From the NCBI GenBank assembly GCA_023137185.1, contig JAGLPS010000002.1, forward strand, positions 47,458 to 111,457: a DNA stretch of 64,000 nt, read 5' to 3'. A program made the translations under genes and the position numbers. Numbering within the stretch: position 1 is the stretch's first letter; each line of letters begins with the position of its first letter. The notes below the pieces were generated by a model, which was not told the origin of the DNA, did no database searches, and saw only the letters and a program-made list of their open reading frames with translations. Below are positions 63,880 to 64,000 of this stretch, in pieces. The stretch comes from Minisyncoccota bacterium. GTDB lineage: Bacteria; Patescibacteriota; Minisyncoccia; Phycocordibacterales; JAGLPS01.

Positions 63880-64000
63880 TACATAGCGATTAGCTGTTAG
63901 CTTTCAGCTTTTAGTAATGACTAAAAGTGATATTTTGAGTTACCTTTCCTCTAAGGTATACTTTATAAGTGATTTATAGTTGTTAAGGGGTATTTTTTCG

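Noticed and set aside
63885-63930. Short heptamer-like repeats (ttagctg, ttagctt, tcagctt)
   Set aside because: Only three or four degenerate units at the window edge, too little to interpret.

Overview
This 64 kb window looks like chromosome from a Patescibacteria (CPR) bacterium, probably Parcubacteria, using the standard genetic code. The assignment is inferred from the missing uL30 between rpsE and rplO, AU-rich leaders without Shine-Dalgarno (SD) sites and the gene inventory. In order it carries: the 3' end of tuf, the S10/spc ribosomal protein cluster, secY-adk-map-ndk, a probable 6S RNA, infC-rpmI-rplT, a two-component cluster, tmRNA-smpB, ftsH, recG, a cohesin/dockerin plus WxL-like surface cluster, comF plus a large type IV pilus locus, ligA, gatCA, seven tRNAs and a short prfB. 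The most striking unexplained structure is a dispersed set of small inverted-repeat elements (ends such as CCCCGTAGT...ACTACGGGG, typically flanked by a duplicated 4-bp core such as TTCA, TTTA, TGAA or TTGA). They sit at harmless positions: in frame in the cleaved leader of three prepilins, at ATG starts that they rebuild (rplB, secY, rpmI, gatA) and at stop codons. One carries a GIY-YIG nuclease and adjoins another copy through a palindromic junction. Other oddities are tRNA 3'-end hairpin repeats, a tRNA-Ile(UAU), a tRNA nested in a decayed tRNA, and stand-alone promoter-SD-small ORF-terminator units. No database searches were run; all calls come from reading the sequence.
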